This document shows, piece by piece, positions 59,610 through 64,000 of a stretch of DNA of 64,000 nucleotides. Numbering within the stretch: position 1 is the first letter of the stretch; every line of letters begins with the position of its first letter. The notes below the pieces were generated by a model. That model made no database searches. It was not told where the DNA came from and was given only the letters and a program-made list of their open reading frames with translations. The position numbers were made by a program, and so were the translations under genes. Origin of the DNA: Verrucomicrobiota bacterium (GTDB lineage: Bacteria; Verrucomicrobiota; Verrucomicrobiia; Opitutales; Seribacteraceae); assembly GCA_027622665.1 (NCBI GenBank), contig JAQBYT010000010.1, positions 56,768 through 120,767 of the forward strand, given 5' to 3'.

Positions 59610-62141
59610 ATGCCGAAACGCCTGAATCTATTGCTTTGTCTGCTGGTGCTTCCCTTTGCCCTGGATGCCGGACAGGTCGTTTCCCTGTCGGAAGAGACGG
59701 TCAAACCATTCCTCGCGAAAAACTGTGTGCGTTGCCATGGCCCGGACAAGCAAAAGGGCAAGATGCGCCTGGACACCCTACCACTGGAGATTGGCAACGG
59801 CGCGGTTGCACAGCGATGGCTGGATGTGCTGGACGCATTGAATGCCGGGGACATGCCGCCCGAGAAGGAGGAGCAACCGGGCCGGCGGGAACTCACGCTC
59901 GTGCTGAGGGCCCTGACCGAGACCATTCGGGATGCTCGCAGGCAACTTTCGGATCAGGGCCGGGAAGTGGCGATGAGAAGGTTGAACCGCCGGGAATACG
60001 TCAACAGCATCGATAGCCTCTTCGGTTTTCGGGTGGGCACGGACTCCTTGCCTGAGGATGATCCCGCCGACCCTTTTGACACCATCGGCTCGCAGCAGTT
60101 CTTCTCCTCCTATCATTTTGAAAAATACCTCGAGATGGGTCGGGTGATTGTGGCGGATGCTTTTGCTCTGGGAAATAATGGGCGACAACAAGTCAAGACA
60201 CAGGTGGAGGAACCGGAAGTCCGGACCAACAAGCAAATCCGCGATCGCTACCGCCAGCGCATGGAAAGATGGCGCGAAGTGGTGGCCGCACTCGAAGAGG
60301 GCCAGACCTTCAAAGACGACAATTTCCCCTTGAATTTCGATGCCAAGGACAGACGCTTTGATGGAAGGGGCCTCCATTTTTACCTGAACTTTCATGCCGA
60401 ACGATCCGCGGGTCCGGCGGCTTACCTGAAGAGGGAACTGATCGACAAGGGGCTCTACTTGACCCGGCGGGCGGGTGGTCGATGGACGGCGGGCATCGTC
60501 AAGCATGGCTATGATCCGCGGGGCGCCTACAAGGTCCGTTTGCTCGCGGGGATCAACGAGGAACCGCCGGAGTCGCGTACTTTCGTCAGCGTGAACGACA
60601 AGGGCCGGGTTCTGGCTCCGCTCAAGATTTACGGGACTGCCCATGAAAACGAGATGATCGAACTGGATTACCAACCCCTGCACGGATCCAGCCACTTTGG
60701 ATTCCAAGTGGAGGAGAGACGCAACGAGATGATCGATGGCAAGGCGTATGTCCGGAAGGTCGATCCCTATGGGGACTGGTCGAGCATTTTCGTGGACCGG
60801 TTGGAGGTGGAAGGTCCCTTTTACGGAGAACTGACCTTGTTTGAGAAACTGGCTTTTCCCAACGGGCCATCTAAGAAAAGAAACCATCCCGTCGAACGGA
60901 CCGATGTGGAGGCGAAGGCTCTGATCGATTCCTTTGCCCACGAAGCCTTTCGTCGTCGTGAAATGGATCCCGCTTTTCTTCAGAAGCTTCATGACCTTTA
61001 CGCGTTGGGAAGGAAATCCGGGCTGGAAGTTGAGCAAGCCTTGGTCGATCCCCTTGCCGTGGTCTTGGCGTCTCCTGGCTTTCTTTATTTGAGCGAGGCG
61101 GAGGATGCGGGCCCAAGGCGCAAGCCCTTGACGCAGCACGAACTGGCGGTTCGGTTATCCTATTTTCTCTGGAGTGCTCCGCCCGACGAGAATCTCTACC
61201 AGGCCGCTGAGAAGGGAACGCTGAAGAGCTCGGCTGAATTGACCAGGCAGGTGGACCGTATGCTGGCCGACCCCAGAGCGGAAGCTTTTTATCATTCCTT
61301 CATGAGCCAATGGTTCGAACTGCACCGATTTGATGACATCGCGGTCAACCCCGAGGATTACCTGATGTTCGACGAGCAGGTCCGTTACTCCGCCCGCGAG
61401 GAACCCATTCGTTTCTTCGAGCACCTGATGAAGGAAAACCTCTCCTTGGGGAACCTGATCGATTCCGACTTCGCCATGCTTGATCCTTTGCTGGCTCATT
61501 TTTACGGAATCAAGGGAGTGGACGGCCAGGGCTTCCGCAAGGTGAACCTTCCGCCTGAATCGCCACGGGGCGGCTTGATTGGAACGACCGCGTTTATGAT
61601 CATGGGCTCGACCGGTGATCGTACCTCGCCGATCATTCGGGGAACCTTGGTTTTGGATAAGTTTCTGCATGATCCGTCGGCGGATCCTCCCCCCAACGTG
61701 CCCGAGTTGACGGATGCTTCCAAGGAACCATTGCCCATTCGAAAAATGATCGAATTGCACCAGTCCAAGGCCCAGTGCGCATCCTGCCACGCCAAGATCG
61801 ATCCGATCGGATACGGTCTGGAAACCTTTGACGCGGTCGGTCTGTGGCGCGAAGAGGCGAAGGTGGGCAAGCGGATGGAGAAGATCGAACAGGGAGGAAC
61901 CCTGCCGGAAGGTCGAACTTACGCGAACTTCGATCAGTTTAAAGCCTTGCTTCTTGGGCGAAAGGAACAACTGGTTCGGTCTCTGGTCGAGGGAACGATG
62001 AGCTATGGTCTGGGTCGCACGGTCGAGTTTTCCGACGGGGATGACCTCGATGCCTTGACCAACCAACTGATCAAGGATGGCCTGGGAGCCAAGTCGCTCA
62101 TTCACAATCTGGTCCAAAGCAGTCTTTTTCAAAGCAAATGA
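59610..62141 (+). CDS. PSCyt1 + DUF1587/DUF1595/DUF1592/DUF1588/DUF1585 cytochrome-like protein
   Basis: CVRCHG, MRRLNRREYVNS, AFRR, VLASPGFLY, LAVRLSYFLWSAPPD, RGGLIG, TSPIIRG, CASCHAKIDPIG and YGLGR. Start ATG 59610 with a signal peptide (ORF track 59271). Confidence 0.9.
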   Translation: MPKRLNLLLCLLVLPFALDAGQVVSLSEETVKPFLAKNCVRCHGPDKQKGKMRLDTLPLEIGNGAVAQRWLDVLDALNAGDMPPEKEEQPGRRELTLVLRALTETIRDARRQLSDQGREVAMRRLNRREYVNSIDSLFGFRVGTDSLPEDDPADPFDTIGSQQFFSSYHFEKYLEMGRVIVADAFALGNNGRQQVKTQVEEPEVRTNKQIRDRYRQRMERWREVVAALEEGQTFKDDNFPLNFDAKDRRFDGRGLHFYLNFHAERSAGPAAYLKRELIDKGLYLTRRAGGRWTAGIVKHGYDPRGAYKVRLLAGINEEPPESRTFVSVNDKGRVLAPLKIYGTAHENEMIELDYQPLHGSSHFGFQVEERRNEMIDGKAYVRKVDPYGDWSSIFVDRLEVEGPFYGELTLFEKLAFPNGPSKKRNHPVERTDVEAKALIDSFAHEAFRRREMDPAFLQKLHDLYALGRKSGLEVEQALVDPLAVVLASPGFLYLSEAEDAGPRRKPLTQHELAVRLSYFLWSAPPDENLYQAAEKGTLKSSAELTRQVDRMLADPRAEAFYHSFMSQWFELHRFDDIAVNPEDYLMFDEQVRYSAREEPIRFFEHLMKENLSLGNLIDSDFAMLDPLLAHFYGIKGVDGQGFRKVNLPPESPRGGLIGTTAFMIMGSTGDRTSPIIRGTLVLDKFLHDPSADPPPNVPELTDASKEPLPIRKMIELHQSKAQCASCHAKIDPIGYGLETFDAVGLWREEAKVGKRMEKIEQGGTLPEGRTYANFDQFKALLLGRKEQLVRSLVEGTMSYGLGRTVEFSDGDDLDALTNQLIKDGLGAKSLIHNLVQSSLFQSK

Positions 62142-62176
62142 AATTCTTTTAAACCCATGCCCATCAAACTTTCAAA

Positions 62177-63295
62177 ATGAACTCTCTCAAAACGGTTTCA
62201 CTCCTCACTCTTGGAACGTTACTTGCGTCTTCCGTTTTACATGCCAAGCGGCCGAAGCCACCGACCCGTGCGTTCGATGCCCCAGGGGCGCCAACCTTCA
62301 TCCGGCTCGATGACAAGCCGGGAGTCAATCCGCCGGTCGATGCAGTGGGAAACTTCCTGATCGGACCGGACTACCGGCCGGCTCCCGAGCGCGGAATTCC
62401 CAAGGATTCGCCGAGGGGGAAAGTCCTGCAATTCACCATCGATTCGAAAAACACCAAGTTGCTCAACCCCGGCATCGCCCGCAAGGTATTCGGCAAGGTC
62501 GATCCGAAGAACCCCAAGACTTTGATCGTCGAGACCCACGAGATCGATTACGTCCGGCAGATCACCGTATACGTTCCCGCCCAATACAAGAAGGGAAGCC
62601 CGGCTCCCTTCATGGTTTGTCACGACGGTCCGAAGGGAAAGCCCAACCAGATGATCCCCAACGTGCTGGACAACCTGATCGCCCAGAAGCGCGTCCCGCC
62701 CATGATCGTAATCCAAGTCGCCAATGGGGGAGGAGATGCTCAAGGGCATGAACGGGGTAAGGAATACGATACCATGTCCGGTCTTTACGCCGAATATATC
62801 GAAGCGGAAGTTCTTCCCCGGGTGGAAAACAAATGCGGGGTGAAGCTCACCAAGGATCCCGACGGACGGGCGGTGATGGGAAGCAGTTCGGGCGGTTCCG
62901 CCGCCCTCATCATGGCTTGGTACCGGACCGATCTTTACCGCCGGGTCCTGACCACCTCGGGCACCTTCGTGAACCAGCAGTGGCCCTTCGATTCGAAAAC
63001 CCCGGGCGGGGCTTGGGATTTTCATGACAAACTGATCCCGAACTCTCCGAAGAAACCCATCCGGCTCTTTCTTGCGGTGGGAGATTATGACCTCCTCAAC
63101 CCAAACGTCATGCGCGACGGCATGCATGACTGGGTGGAAGCCAACCACCGCATGGCCAAGGTTCTCAAAGCCAAGGGTTATGAGTACCAATATCTTTTTT
63201 GCCAAAATTCCGGTCACGGGATCGGCAATGCCAAGATTCAATTCCTACCCCATGCCATCGAATGGGTTTGGCATGGATACAAAACGAAAGACTGA
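62177..63295 (+). CDS. Enterochelin-esterase-like (Fes family) secreted esterase
   Basis: VYVPAQY, VLDNLIAQKRVPPMI, ERGKEYD, GSSSG nucleophile and DWVEANHRMA. Confidence 0.85.
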   Translation: MNSLKTVSLLTLGTLLASSVLHAKRPKPPTRAFDAPGAPTFIRLDDKPGVNPPVDAVGNFLIGPDYRPAPERGIPKDSPRGKVLQFTIDSKNTKLLNPGIARKVFGKVDPKNPKTLIVETHEIDYVRQITVYVPAQYKKGSPAPFMVCHDGPKGKPNQMIPNVLDNLIAQKRVPPMIVIQVANGGGDAQGHERGKEYDTMSGLYAEYIEAEVLPRVENKCGVKLTKDPDGRAVMGSSSGGSAALIMAWYRTDLYRRVLTTSGTFVNQQWPFDSKTPGGAWDFHDKLIPNSPKKPIRLFLAVGDYDLLNPNVMRDGMHDWVEANHRMAKVLKAKGYEYQYLFCQNSGHGIGNAKIQFLPHAIEWVWHGYKTKD

Positions 63296-63297
63296 TC

Positions 63298-63957
63298 ATG
63301 CATTCTCGTTGTTTACCTTCTTTGCTGGTTCTCCTCTTCTCCTTTTTGCCGTGTTTGGCAAAGCCCCAGAGTACGCCTCCCGAGATCTGGGCGGAGTACG
63401 ACCCCGATGCCGGGGAGTGGAAGGAGGAGATCGTTCATGAAAGCGTGAAGGATGGAATCCTGAACCGGGAAACCTACGTCAGCGCCTGGGTTCGTGGGGA
63501 AGAGATCAGGGTCTACTGCAAGTATTCGGTCAAGGATGGCCTCAGAAAGGCTCCCGGTTTACTCAACGTTCACGGATGGATGGGAGCGCCCGGTATCGAC
63601 AAGACCTACGTCGATGAGGGTTGGGCGGTGATCGCTTTCGATTACTGCGGAGAAACTGGCAAGCGGGTTCACTTCACCAAGTATCCGAAGGTTCTCGATC
63701 ACGGAAATATGGACAAGAAATTCGGCGGGAGCGTCCGGTCCAAGACCCGGGACGGACAATCCATAACCGATCCCAAGCAGACCTCGGACTATTTGTGGTA
63801 CGCCGTGCAAAGGCGGGTACTCAGCTATTTGCTCAAGCAAAAGGAAGTCGATGGTTCCCGCATCGGTGCAAAGGGGTATTCCTACGGCGGGACCATCATG
63901 TGGAACCTGGGCATGGATCCCCGAACGCCAGGAAAGGGGTCATTTCGTAATGCTTAA
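63298..63957 (+). pseudogene. Dienelactone hydrolase / acetylxylan esterase-like protein truncated shortly after the catalytic Ser
   Basis: PGLLNVHGW and RIGAKGYSYGG nucleophile, then MDPR followed by TPGKGSFRNA*. No downstream Asp/His region is present. Confidence 0.6.
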
Positions 63958-64000
63958 GGTTGCCTTTGCTTTCAGTATGTGGATGTTCCTTTGTTTATGG
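63950..64000 (+). CDS. Possible 5' end of a secreted protein running off the window
   Basis: ATG 63950 downstream of a purine-rich AGGAAAGGGG stretch; MLKVAFAFSMWMFLCLW looks like a signal peptide and stays open to the window end. Confidence 0.35.
   Translation, partial: MLKVAFAFSMWMFLCLW

Noticed and set aside
1..64000. tRNA, rRNA, IS elements, prophage or defence genes
   Set aside because: No cloverleaf, rRNA-like tract, transposase, integrase or terminal inverted repeat was recognised. Intergenic space is small and mostly explained by pseudogenes.

Overview
This 64 kb window comes from a PVC-superphylum bacterium, probably Verrucomicrobiota or Planctomycetota (inferred from gene content only). 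It is dominated by an expanded family of uncharacterised periplasmic two-gene modules. Six tandem cassettes each pair a Sec-type PSCyt1/DUF1549/DUF1553 (PSD1) CxxCH protein with a Tat-signal DUF1501 protein, in two minus-strand blocks of three (7800-20799 and 37118-50588). A seventh DUF1501 heads a five-gene DUF1501-TolB/PD40-PPC-DUF1549/DUF1553-cytochrome/WD40 operon, and the tail of an eighth survives in a collapsed relic. The PSD1 proteins share a conserved scaffold with a variable central insert: none, a galactose-binding/discoidin-like sandwich, or LamG. Flanking genes are glucarate dehydratase and KDG dehydratase, Cys-type sulfatases, a Na+/solute symporter, esterases, a Tat Gfo/Idh/MocA oxidoreductase, two PVC-type heme beta-propeller proteins, a PQQ-like propeller/malectin protein, an orphan DUF1592-type cytochrome and a beta-carbonic anhydrase. 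Several decayed or rearranged genes are visible, including an inverted three-fragment junction at about 5085-5156 and a microhomology-collapsed chimeric pseudogene at 28623-29085. I found no RNA genes, CRISPR arrays, transposases or transcription regulators. All family calls come from motif recognition by eye; no database search was run.
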